From NCBI GenBank assembly GCA_022750125.1, contig JAKIWH010000001.1, forward strand, positions 1 to 57,176: a stretch of 57,176 nt of DNA, in the 5' to 3' direction. The notes under the pieces are model-generated. The model saw nothing but the letters and a program-made list of their open reading frames with translations. It was not told the DNA's origin and searched no databases. Position numbers and translations under genes: made by a program. This DNA comes from Thermoplasmata archaeon (GTDB lineage Archaea; Thermoplasmatota; Thermoplasmata; Lutacidiplasmatales; UBA184). This document shows positions 43,190 to 51,384 of this stretch, one piece after another. Position 1 is the stretch's first letter. Each line of letters starts with the position of its first letter.

Positions 43190-44587
43190 CTAGGTCTTCC
43201 CTGCCTTGCGGTTTCGCATGAGGAGCACGGCCGCGAGGGCGCCCAGGGCGAGGAGGACCGCGAGCCCGATGGCGATCCACTCCCAGGTGGGCATTCCGCT
43301 CGACGAGGTGCCGGGCGAGTTGGACCCGCCGCCACCGCCGCCGCTGCCGGCCGTGGTGAACACGATCGGTTGGGCCACGGAGTTGCCGGTTACCGTGAGG
43401 GTCCCGGAGGAGGGGGTCGCGTCGTAGCCGGACTGGGCGGCGATGGTGTAGGTGATCGTCCCGTTCGCCTCCGAGAAGGCGTTGGTGTCGGTCAGCGAGT
43501 TGATCAGCACCCCGTTCAACGTGACCGACCAGCCGGTTCCGGCGGTGAGTCCCGACTCGGTGAACGTCACGGTGCTGAAGCTGCCCGAGGCGCCGGCCGT
43601 GAACTGGATGGTCGCGGCGGCTGGGGCGCCGTTCACCGGCACGCTCCCCGAGGCGGGGCTCGCGGTGTAGGCGGCGACGGTGCCGGCGGTGTACGCGTAA
43701 CTTCCGCTCGGGACGTTGAATTGATTGGTGGTGCCCATCGAGCTACTCAGAACCCCGGCGAAGGTGACCGACCAGCTCGTCTGGGCCGGAAGGCCGCTCT
43801 CGGTGAAGGTGACCGGATAGGTGGTCGGCGCGGTCGTGGTGGGCACGACGATGGTGGCGCTCGCGAGGGTCACATCCCCGGTGGCGGCCAGCGCCCGGCC
43901 GTTCAGCTGGGCACCGGTGCTCAGGGTGATCGAGGTGTGCGCGAGGAGGGTGCCCTGCATGACCGAGGTGGTCCCGAGCGACGCGGAGCTTCCCATCTGC
44001 CAGAAGACGTTGCCTGCCTGCGCGCCGTTCGTCAGGACGACCTGGCGGCCGGAGGTGGTGGTGAGGGCGGACGCGACCTCGAAGACGAAGACCGCGTTCG
44101 GGTTTCCGCCGCCGCTCAGGGTGAGGTCCCCGGAGGAGATCGCGAGAGACGAGGTGGACTTGTACAGGCCCGGGGTCAGGGTCTGGCCCCCGAGGTTGCC
44201 GGCGACGCTGACCGCGCAATTGGAGCGACCCGCAGCGTCGTTGAATGCCGTCGTGAGGTCGAGCTTGGCGGCGGCCGAGGCCGTGTTGGCTACGTTCTCG
44301 ACGCCCGTGTGGGTTCCGGGCGGGAATCCTGTCACCGCGGAACCGGGGCTCACCCCGATGTCGCCCGTGAGGGAGCTCGGACCGGTGTTGGTGATCGAGG
44401 TGGCGGAGAGGGCCGCGTACGAGGATGTCGAGCCCAGCGCGACGGCGCCCTGTCCGCACGTCGCGGCGGGGACGACGCTCGTGCCCGTCGCCCGCGGAAT
44501 CACCGCCACAAACGCAGCGAACACCATGGCGAATCCGACCAGTACGCTCAAAGCTCGAACGCTTCCTCGCTTGCTCTCCATCGACAT
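43190..44587 (-). CDS. Surface protein: DUF3494 (ice-binding-like beta-solenoid) domain, two 'GLPxxTxW' modules, Gly-rich linker and C-terminal TM anchor
   Basis: ATSITNTGPSSLTGDIGVSPGSAVTGFPPG...GQTLTPGLYKSTSSLAISSGDLTLSG...AVFVFEVASALTT...NVFWQMGSSASLGTTSVMQGTLLAHTSITLSTGAQLNGRALA matches the DUF3494 pattern. Then FTESGLPAQTSWSVTF and FTESGLTAGTGWSVTL. TM helix WIAIGLAVLLALGALAAVLLM. Start taken at the ATG at 44587; the track start at 44617 is a TTG. Confidence 0.82.
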   Translation of the reverse strand: MSMESKRGSVRALSVLVGFAMVFAAFVAVIPRATGTSVVPAATCGQGAVALGSTSSYAALSATSITNTGPSSLTGDIGVSPGSAVTGFPPGTHTGVENVANTASAAAKLDLTTAFNDAAGRSNCAVSVAGNLGGQTLTPGLYKSTSSLAISSGDLTLSGGGNPNAVFVFEVASALTTTSGRQVVLTNGAQAGNVFWQMGSSASLGTTSVMQGTLLAHTSITLSTGAQLNGRALAATGDVTLASATIVVPTTTAPTTYPVTFTESGLPAQTSWSVTFAGVLSSSMGTTNQFNVPSGSYAYTAGTVAAYTASPASGSVPVNGAPAAATIQFTAGASGSFSTVTFTESGLTAGTGWSVTLNGVLINSLTDTNAFSEANGTITYTIAAQSGYDATPSSGTLTVTGNSVAQPIVFTTAGSGGGGGGSNSPGTSSSGMPTWEWIAIGLAVLLALGALAAVLLMRNRKAGKT

Positions 44588-44652
44588 CTGCTTCAATCCA
44601 TGCGGTCCGTAGACCAAGGCGCCATCCGCGCCGGCCAGGGGATATACTGTTC

Positions 44653-44668
44653 CTGAACTCGAGTTCAG
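44653..44668. repeat. Perfect 16-bp palindrome CTGAACTCGAGTTCAG (candidate operator or hairpin)
   Basis: Self-complementary by inspection. Sits just upstream of a TATA-like GATATAC (44641..44647, read GTATATC on the - strand) of the DUF3494 gene, and 38 nt downstream of the stop of the REC-HTH regulator gene. Confidence 0.45.
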
Positions 44669-44705
44669 CTAGGATGGCACTGGTCCGGTCGATCTCGCGA
44701 GGGCC

Positions 44706-45755
44706 CTAACGCGCCGACGGCGCCGACGGGAAGATCCGGTTCCCGCTCCCCTTCACCGAGTCGAGATCGTCGATCGCGCTGAGGATCTTGGTCGCCCCCT
44801 TCCCCCGCGCCGTGAGCTTGTACCGCTCGCGCGCGAGGTGGGCAACGAGCCCGCTCTCGGTCAGCTTGCGGAGGTGGAAGGAGATCTTCGACGTATCGTC
44901 GAGGTGGGCCGCTTCCATCGCCTGGGTGAAGCTGCAAGGCCCTTCCGCGAGCCGCTTGAGCACCAGCCGACGGATCGGGTTCCCCAGGGATTCGAGCGTG
45001 GTGTGGGCGTCGGCCGACACGATGGACGCCTGGACGGCGAGGGCGCCGGTGGCGCTGATCTTTTCCGGATCGTACCCCACGGCGAGCGGCCCCTTGCCTT
45101 CGAGGACCGCACGCAGCCGTTCGAGCAGCTCGGCGATCTCCTCCTCGCGGTGGCGTGCGAGGAGCTGCTCCACGGCCGCGAGGACCACCCCCGCCCGATC
45201 CTTCGGGGCAACGAAATCCTCCACGGCACCCCGGATCAGGAACGGGTTCTCGGCGTCGAGAACGATGTGGCTCACCTTGTCCGCCACCGCGGGCGGTGGG
45301 GGGGGCGAGATCAGCAGCACCTCGTACCCTCCTTCCGCCGCGAGGGACTTCGCGTACTTGGCCGGGTCGAGCGGTCGAGCTCCGGTACGGATGAGCGCAA
45401 GCTGTTGGCTGACCAGCTCGAGCACGCGTCGTACCTGGTCAGGCCGGATAGGCTTGGTAAGATAGTCGAACGCCCCGAGTCGGAACGCTTCGACCGCGGT
45501 TGCCACGGTCCCCGGGGTGGTGAGCATGACCACCTGGAGCCGCGGCCACCGCTTGCGCGCATCCGTGAGCAGGTCGAGGCCGCTCTTCCGTCCCATCCTG
45601 AGGTCGGTAAACATCACATCGTACTCTTCGCCTTCCAGGGCTGAGAAGGCAAGCGCGGCGGAGGGCACGTCCGTGACGCGATGGCCGGTGCTGTTCAGAA
45701 GGCCACTGAGGTCTTCCCGGAACTCCGCATCATCGTCAACGAGCAGTATGCGCAT
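44706..45755 (-). CDS. Response regulator: CheY-like receiver, central domain (possibly DUF835-like) and C-terminal ArsR-type winged helix
   Basis: MRILLVDDD...VMFTDLRMG...YLTKP gives the receiver Asp/Asp/Lys pattern. C-terminal NPIRRLVLKRLAEGPCSFTQAMEAAHLDDTSKISFHLRKLTESGLV is an ArsR-like HTH. No histidine kinase lies in the window. Confidence 0.85.
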   Translation of the reverse strand: MRILLVDDDAEFREDLSGLLNSTGHRVTDVPSAALAFSALEGEEYDVMFTDLRMGRKSGLDLLTDARKRWPRLQVVMLTTPGTVATAVEAFRLGAFDYLTKPIRPDQVRRVLELVSQQLALIRTGARPLDPAKYAKSLAAEGGYEVLLISPPPPPAVADKVSHIVLDAENPFLIRGAVEDFVAPKDRAGVVLAAVEQLLARHREEEIAELLERLRAVLEGKGPLAVGYDPEKISATGALAVQASIVSADAHTTLESLGNPIRRLVLKRLAEGPCSFTQAMEAAHLDDTSKISFHLRKLTESGLVAHLARERYKLTARGKGATKILSAIDDLDSVKGSGNRIFPSAPSAR

Positions 45756-45895
45756 CGCTATGGGAGCCCCTCCCCCGCTCGGTCTTGGGGGTTACCTTGC
45801 GGCGGCGCATAGAAAGGGGCCGAATAGAGTTTTCGAACGACCTTCATCCGACGGGCTGGAGGTGGTACTAGGGTGGCTAGCCCGGCTTCGTTCGC

Positions 45896-45909
45896 CGTTC
45901 GGCCGAACG
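45896..45909. repeat. Perfect 14-bp palindrome CGTTCGGCCGAACG (candidate operator)
   Basis: Self-complementary by inspection and preceded by another CGTTCG half-site. Lies in the divergent gap between the REC-HTH regulator gene and the 46058 membrane-protein gene. Confidence 0.4.
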
Positions 45910-46057
45910 AGGGAACCGAGGATCCGCCGAGTCCAGGGAGGGACGAATCCTCATGCGGCGCTACACTCCTCAACTAGAATCGAGGGACGCCTTATCCTCC
46001 GCGAGACGGAGCGGTGCCCATCGGCCGGGGTTGATCTCCGGCGGATGGAGCAGTACG

Positions 46058-46489
46058 ATGACCGCAACAACGACAAGGACGACGAGAACCGGTTTCGCCT
46101 ATCGACACAGCAGCCCCGTAGGGGAACTCCCAATCCTGGTGGGCATTCTGGCCATCCTCATCGGGCTGGTCGGGTTGTTCTTTCTCCTCGTCGGGCTGCT
46201 CGTCACGCTCGGCGCCGTCGGGTTCGCCCTCCTTCCCGCAGCCTCAGCCTACGCCGTATTCTCCGGCACCGCGCTCCTCGCGGGAGTGATAACACTCGTC
46301 TTCGGAGCCGTCCTCGTCTTCGTCGCGACCGGCCTCTGGGACCTCGAGGTGTGGGCGCTCGCCCTTACGGGGATCGTCGTCGCGCTCCTCGTCGTCCTGC
46401 TCGTCGTGGCCGGGAGCTTCGGCTGGTCGCTCCTGATCTCGGTTGCGCTGTTGATCTACCTCGTCGCCGTCCGGGGCCACTTCTACTAA
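46058..46489 (+). CDS. Small four-helix membrane protein
   Basis: ATG at 46058 (MTATTTRTTRTG...), then four hydrophobic helices (ILVGILAILIGLVGLFFLLVGLLV and others). Confidence 0.6.
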   Translation: MTATTTRTTRTGFAYRHSSPVGELPILVGILAILIGLVGLFFLLVGLLVTLGAVGFALLPAASAYAVFSGTALLAGVITLVFGAVLVFVATGLWDLEVWALALTGIVVALLVVLLVVAGSFGWSLLISVALLIYLVAVRGHFY

Positions 46490-46788
46490 TCCGGTGAGCC
46501 GTAGCCCTTCGGAACCGGGACCGCAGCTGAGGGGTGCGGATGCCGGGAGGGATTCGGACGCGCGTTCCTCGAACTCAGCACGCCGTCTCTTCGGGCCCCG
46601 GAGCGAGGGACTGTGCCGCCATCTTCCCAAGTGCTTGTCCCTGGTGGGAGTCGACCGACACATGCCCGCCTGGAAGCGGCCGGACGCACTCGGGGGTACG
46701 GTGACTCCCGCTCGTACGGTATCGGAATCCTCCGCACCGCCAGGTTTCGGGGTCAGCTGCGGACCGGCGACGGTGGGAGTTTGCGTAG

Positions 46789-47505
46789 ATGGCGAATAGC
46801 GAAGCGGAGGTCGGCGCCGACGAGCCGAAGGGACTGCGCCGGATCGGCCTGGGAGCCGCGATCGGCCTCGCGGCTGGGATCGCGGGTCTCGTGCTCCCGG
46901 TCGCCCTGATCCTGCTCGCGACCTACAGTCCGGGAACTCCGTTCCTACGCGGAGTCCAGCTGATCCAGGTGACGGCCATCATGGCGCTCGCGGGAGCGAT
47001 CCTCTTCGCCCTTGCCCTGCTCGCCTACCGTCTCGGGTTCACGGCACTCCGGCGCTTCGACCCGCGATTCTGGACGGCCTCGATCCTCTGCATGATCGGG
47101 ACCGTCGGCGTGCTCCTCGTCGTCCTCGCGATCGCCATCGCGTTCACCTCGTCGGATGTGATGGCGAACTGCATTCAGGGAGCCCCCACGCACGCGCTCA
47201 CGTGCCTGCAAGCCGCGGCGCCGCTCGCTTCCTATTCGGCGCTCCTCGGATTCTGGCTCCTCTGGCTCGGGGGCCTCGGCATCGTGGTGGGGATCGCGCT
47301 CGCTGCCTTCCGTTACACCCAGGGCTGGTTCTACGGGGGCGCAGCCCTGTACGCGATGCTCTTGCTCGGGCTCATCGCTCCCGCCCTCGGACTTCTCTTC
47401 CCCATCGGGGCGCTAACCTACCCGATCCTCGCCGCTCCCGTACTCGCCCTTCTCGCGCCCGTCACGATCCTCGAAGGTAGTCAGCGGGCACGTCGGCGGA
47501 ACTAG
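46789..47505 (+). CDS. Polytopic membrane protein, unknown family
   Basis: ATG start and six to seven hydrophobic helices. A Cys pair sits in one loop (ANCIQGAPTHALTC). Confidence 0.7.
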   Translation: MANSEAEVGADEPKGLRRIGLGAAIGLAAGIAGLVLPVALILLATYSPGTPFLRGVQLIQVTAIMALAGAILFALALLAYRLGFTALRRFDPRFWTASILCMIGTVGVLLVVLAIAIAFTSSDVMANCIQGAPTHALTCLQAAAPLASYSALLGFWLLWLGGLGIVVGIALAAFRYTQGWFYGGAALYAMLLLGLIAPALGLLFPIGALTYPILAAPVLALLAPVTILEGSQRARRRN

Positions 47506-47869
47506 ACTCCGCCCGGACTCGTCGCTCTTCCGCTCGACTTCTCGCGTTTCGGGCCGATCGCCCGCACGGGGGGGGGCGGGCTTCCGACGTCTTTCGAGCT
47601 CAGCTTCAGCTTTCCGGGATATCCAAACGCCGTGCGATGCGCCGCTCGGCCGGCTTTGGGCGAGTCCTTCGGTCTCAACTCTCGAGACGTCTAATGGCGC
47701 AACGTGACACCTGATCCGCCTGCAAGGTCCTGCAAGAAGGGCGGGGGAGGATCGGGCCCGCCGTCTCATCGGTGGAGGGTGAGCCGAGGCAGCGCTGCGG
47801 CGGCGTGGAGCGGACCACGCCCGCCCAACCCTCCGTCCGCTCCCTTCGAGCTCGAGCGCCGCTATCGGA

Positions 47870-48058
47870 CTACTTCGTGCCCTTCTTCGCCATGAACGTC
47901 ACGCGCGTTCTCCGTGGCGACTTCTTGCCCTCGAGGAACGAAACCCGCTTCGCCCCGCTGGACTTCGGCGCCGTGTACTTCGCTCGAACTCGCCGCGGCA
48001 TCTTCTTCCCTTCTAGGAAGGAAACTGTCTCCCTGCGCTTGGTTGCCATGGGAGACAC
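47870..48058 (-). CDS. Small very basic protein built from two tandem ~26-aa repeats
   Basis: RRETVSFLEGKKMPRRVRAKYTA / AKRVSFLEGKKSPRRTRVTFMA. The repeat is also visible at nucleotide level. Start is either the GTG at 48058 or the ATG at 48049 (MATKRRE...). Confidence 0.5.
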   Translation of the reverse strand: MSPMATKRRETVSFLEGKKMPRRVRAKYTAPKSSGAKRVSFLEGKKSPRRTRVTFMAKKGTK

Positions 48059-48136
48059 TGCGGCGAGCCACTGCTAAGCGGTTGCTGAAATCGACTTGAG
48101 CGAGCCATCATCCCCTGCGGGCTGCTCGCCTGTCCC

Positions 48137-48310
48137 ATGGCAGTCCATCAGATCAGCCTCGCCGGCGCTTTGGTCATCATCCTACTGGCGATTGTGTTCC
48201 TGTTTGTGATCGGGCCGTTCGGGCTTCTCATCCTGATCCTAGCCGGTGTGCTGCTCTGGTACGCGTTCGGACCGGGCGGAGTGCGCGTGGTCGTTCCCGC
48301 TTCGAGCTGA
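48137..48310 (+). CDS. Small (57 aa) two-helix membrane protein; below the ORF-track length cut-off
   Basis: My own translation: MAVHQISLAGALVIILLAIVFLFVIGPFGLLILILAGVLLWYAFGPGGVRVVVPASS*. ATG at 48137, TGA at 48308..48310. Confidence 0.4.
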   Translation: MAVHQISLAGALVIILLAIVFLFVIGPFGLLILILAGVLLWYAFGPGGVRVVVPASS

Positions 48311-48381
48311 GCGAGAACTCCCGCAGGCCGCCGAGCGCAAGCTGCCTGCTCAGGTTGGTCAGTCTTGCGAGCGCCAGAGTC

Positions 48382-48612
48382 TCATGTACGCCGGCCCTTC
48401 CGAGCGCTCCGCCCGCCAGAGGTTCCCGGCTCCGACTCTATCCGCTTGATCTTTTGGTCCGCATCGTCCAAGCGCCGGTCCCGCCCGTCCGCCTCGAGCT
48501 TATCCGAGAGTCGGCCGGTCTCGTCCGCCCGGTTGGCCGCGTCCTCCCAGAGGACGGCGGCTTCCGCTCTATCGAACTCCGCCGCCTCGAGCCGCTTCGG
48601 CTTGGTCGCCAC
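48382..48612 (-). CDS. Small charged, probably coiled-coil protein (76 aa)
   Basis: GTG start. Third codon positions are strongly G/C-biased, like the confident genes. Sequence MATKPKRLEAAEFDRAEAAVLWEDAANRADETGRLSDKLEADGRDRRLDDADQKIKRIE. I recognise no family. Confidence 0.4.
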   Translation of the reverse strand: MATKPKRLEAAEFDRAEAAVLWEDAANRADETGRLSDKLEADGRDRRLDDADQKIKRIESEPGTSGGRSARKGRRT

Positions 48613-48822
48613 GGCTTTTCATCGACCCCGCGAATCGGGATAAGTTCGATAGCCGTCTCCAATCCGACCCGAGTCCACAGGGCCGAAGCGAACCTTCGCA
48701 ACCCTAGCGATGGGTTCCCGGCGGGTCCCGAGGAGGCACGCGCCTGCAGATCGATGAGGCCACAGGGGGGGAGGACGCCCGAGCGCGCTCTCCTTCGAGT
48801 CGTCAGGGGCCGTTACTTCTGG

Positions 48823-48829
48823 GTTTAAC
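48823..48829 (+). promoter_or_regulatory. TATA-like box GTTTAAC
   Basis: About 31 nt upstream of the ATG at 48857. Confidence 0.4.
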
Positions 48830-48856
48830 CGCTCTGCGGGCTGACCCCTCTGCGGC

Positions 48857-49570
48857 ATGACCCCTCGAGTGCGGCGACGCGGCCCACGGATCCTGGTGAT
48901 CGACGTCGGAGGGACCCACGTGAAAGCGGGCTTCCCGAACGAGGCCCGGGAGATCCGCATCCCCTCCGGGCCCTCGATGGATCCGGAGAAGATGGTCCGG
49001 AAGCTCAAGAAGCGACTCCGAGGGAAGCGGTACAACCGGGTGGCCATGGGGTATCCTGGGCTCGTGATCCACGGCCGGATCCTTCGGGAACCGCACAACC
49101 TCGCGAAAGGGTGGGTGGAGTTCGATTTCGGGAAGGCGCTCGGTCATCCGACCCGGATCCTCAACGACGCAGCGATGCAGGCGCTCGGGAGCTACGAGGG
49201 GGGGCGGATGCTCTTCCTCGGGCTCGGGACCGGACTCGGAACCGCCATGATCGTCGACGGCGAGCTCGAGCCGATGGAGCTCGCCCACCTGCCCTACAAG
49301 AAGGGCGGCTCCTTCGAAGATTACGTCGGGGAGGCCGGGCTCAAGCGGCTCGGGAGGAGGCGCTGGCAGAAGGAGGTCTTCGCGATCGTGCGCACGCTCT
49401 CCTCTGTCCTCGAGCCGGACTACGTCGTGCTGGGGGGCGGAAACGTCCGGAAGCTCAAGGGGCTCCCCCCGGGGGCACGGCGCGGGGACAACCGCAACGC
49501 CTTCGTCGGCGGAGAACGACTCTGGACGGACCGCGGAAAACGCGCTCCACTCGGAACTCGCGCCGGGTAG
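48857..49570 (+). CDS. ROK-family sugar kinase, polyphosphate/ATP-glucokinase-like
   Basis: ILVIDVGGTHVK (ATPase phosphate-1 motif), ILNDAAMQALG, and LGLGTGLGTAMIVDG. Confidence 0.85.
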   Translation: MTPRVRRRGPRILVIDVGGTHVKAGFPNEAREIRIPSGPSMDPEKMVRKLKKRLRGKRYNRVAMGYPGLVIHGRILREPHNLAKGWVEFDFGKALGHPTRILNDAAMQALGSYEGGRMLFLGLGTGLGTAMIVDGELEPMELAHLPYKKGGSFEDYVGEAGLKRLGRRRWQKEVFAIVRTLSSVLEPDYVVLGGGNVRKLKGLPPGARRGDNRNAFVGGERLWTDRGKRAPLGTRAG

Positions 49571-49700
49571 CGGGCCACAGGCCTAGCCCAGGTTGCGGGT
49601 CGGGCAGATCGTGGAGCGGAGGGGCGCGTATCGGAGATCGATGAAGCGCGGGACACGAGTACATATCCGAGGCGTCCGTGCGTCCGGGCGAGGACGCATC

Positions 49701-49856
49701 ATGTGCTTGACCTGTGGTTGCAAGATGCCCAACGACCGACACAAACCCGGCGACATCATCCGGGCCGACATCGAGAAAGCGGCCAAGAACTGGGAGCTCA
49801 CGCCTGCCGAGGCGCTCCATAACCTCGACGAGACGGCGAAGCTCGTCAAGAAGTAG
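49701..49856 (+). CDS. Small (51 aa) protein with an N-terminal MCLTCGC Cys cluster
   Basis: ATG at 49701: MCLTCGCKMPNDRHKPGDIIRADIEKAAKNWELTPAEALHNLDETAKLVKK. The upstream part of the 87-aa track ORF is Arg/Gly-rich. Confidence 0.45.
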   Translation: MCLTCGCKMPNDRHKPGDIIRADIEKAAKNWELTPAEALHNLDETAKLVKK

Positions 49857-49867
49857 GACGGACGCGG

Positions 49868-50677
49868 CTACCCAGAAGGGCGGGGCCACGGGGGGACGAA
49901 GGAAGGGTCCAACGCCCGCACGACCTCAAGGAACCGCTCCGCGGAGGTGGGCCCGAACCCCTCAAAGTGGTTGTTGAAGAACGCCCACGCATCCGGGAGG
50001 CCCGAGGTGCGAAGCGTCTCCGCCCACCGCTTCATCTCGCTCCCCCGGTCGACCCGGATCTCCCCGTGGAGGTCGGCCGGAACGGTCTCGTGGTCCCCGA
50101 TGAAGCGGAGGTAGGCGAAGTTACCGGTGATCGCGGGGGGCACGTCCACGAAGGTGAGGCTCGACCAGCACAGCGCGATCTTCTGTCCCCCGAGGAGGCG
50201 GCCGAGCCAGGCAAGCCCCTCTTCGGTGAACCATCCTTTCTCCCGGAGCTCCACAACGTACTGCGGGCCCGGCGGGAGCGCCTCGAGGAACTTGGTGAGG
50301 TAGAGCGCGTTCCCCCGGTCGAGCGATGGCGGGGCGCGGAACCATGGGGCGAACTGGACCACGATCGGTCCGAGCTTAGGCCCGAGGAGGCGAGCGCTCT
50401 CGACGAAGGCGAGGATCGACTCGGGGGAGAGCTCCTTCTTCGCGTCGAAGAGGTCGCGAGGCAGCTTGAGCGCGAACCGGAACCCGTCCGGCGTCTTCTT
50501 CGCCCAGCCCTTCACCACGTACGGGTTCGGTGCGGCGTAGTAGGTGGAATCGACCTCAACCGTGGCGAACTTGCCCGCGTAGAAGGCGAGCCGGTCCCCG
50601 TCGGGGATCCCTTCCGGATAGAAGCGCCCAGCCCACGCGGGCGAAGTCCAGGAGGAGCACCCAACCCTGAGCTCCAT
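49868..50677 (-). CDS. DUF72 (UPF0759) family protein
   Basis: MELRVGCSSWTSPAWAGRFYP...VEVDSTYYAAP...WAKKTPDGFRFALKLPR...AFFNNH is the characteristic DUF72 pattern. Confidence 0.9.
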   Translation of the reverse strand: MELRVGCSSWTSPAWAGRFYPEGIPDGDRLAFYAGKFATVEVDSTYYAAPNPYVVKGWAKKTPDGFRFALKLPRDLFDAKKELSPESILAFVESARLLGPKLGPIVVQFAPWFRAPPSLDRGNALYLTKFLEALPPGPQYVVELREKGWFTEEGLAWLGRLLGGQKIALCWSSLTFVDVPPAITGNFAYLRFIGDHETVPADLHGEIRVDRGSEMKRWAETLRTSGLPDAWAFFNNHFEGFGPTSAERFLEVVRALDPSFVPPWPRPSG

Positions 50678-50781
50678 CGAAGCCCAGCAGGCGGTTCGGG
50701 AGCCTTAGGCGTATCGAGCGAGCCCTCCCTGTCCCCCCACGGCGTCCTCAACCCTGAAGGGCCGCGCCGGATTCCCCTGCC

Positions 50782-51303
50782 ATGGCCGATCTCGGATTCG
50801 CAGACCTTCTCAGCGTGGTCCAGACCATCGCGATCATCGCGGCGCTCGTGATGACCGTCTACTTCTCGCGACGACAGATCCAGGCGTTTACGGCCGACCT
50901 CGAGACCCGGGTGCTGAACGACATCGACGAGAAGTTCCACCGGATCGGCGAGATCCTGATCGAAAAGCCTCAGCTCCTCCCGTCGATCTATCGAGCGTCT
51001 GGGACTGCGGCGGCCGACATCCCGTTCACCTACTATGTGCTGTTCTTCTGCGCGCACATCCACCACATGCGCGAGCGGAAGATCCTTCAAGACAACGAGT
51101 GGGCCGGGTGGCTCCAGTGGATGAAGAACGCATTCCAGTTCGGCGACCTCGGGAAGCACTGGGTCGAAGGGAGGATGGAGAGTTGGTTCGACCCGTCGTT
51201 CCGAGCTCCTACGCGGTTCGGCGCAGGTAGCGCACCCCACCGGGGCCGGGGCGACGTCACCATCGAGTGGGCCGGGGGGCGTCGGGCGACCGAATCCCAT
51301 TGA
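50782..51303 (+). CDS. Hypothetical protein with one N-terminal TM helix
   Basis: LLSVVQTIAIIAALVMTVYF, then a soluble helical region. No recognisable family. Confidence 0.6.
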   Translation: MADLGFADLLSVVQTIAIIAALVMTVYFSRRQIQAFTADLETRVLNDIDEKFHRIGEILIEKPQLLPSIYRASGTAAADIPFTYYVLFFCAHIHHMRERKILQDNEWAGWLQWMKNAFQFGDLGKHWVEGRMESWFDPSFRAPTRFGAGSAPHRGRGDVTIEWAGGRRATESH

Positions 51304-51384
51304 CACGCAAGAGACGGAGGAGTCATGACGAACGGAATGCTTCGAGCCTAGATCTCGACCCGGTCCTCAGGCATTGCTTGCGGG

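Noticed and set aside
47506-47869. SRP RNA, RNase P RNA or C/D-box sRNA in the long non-coding gap
   Set aside because: I found no helix-8-type C-GGAA-G tetraloop with pairing flanks on either strand, no C (RUGAUGA) / D (CUGA) box pair, and no RNase P conserved regions. It is kept only as an unassigned structured region.
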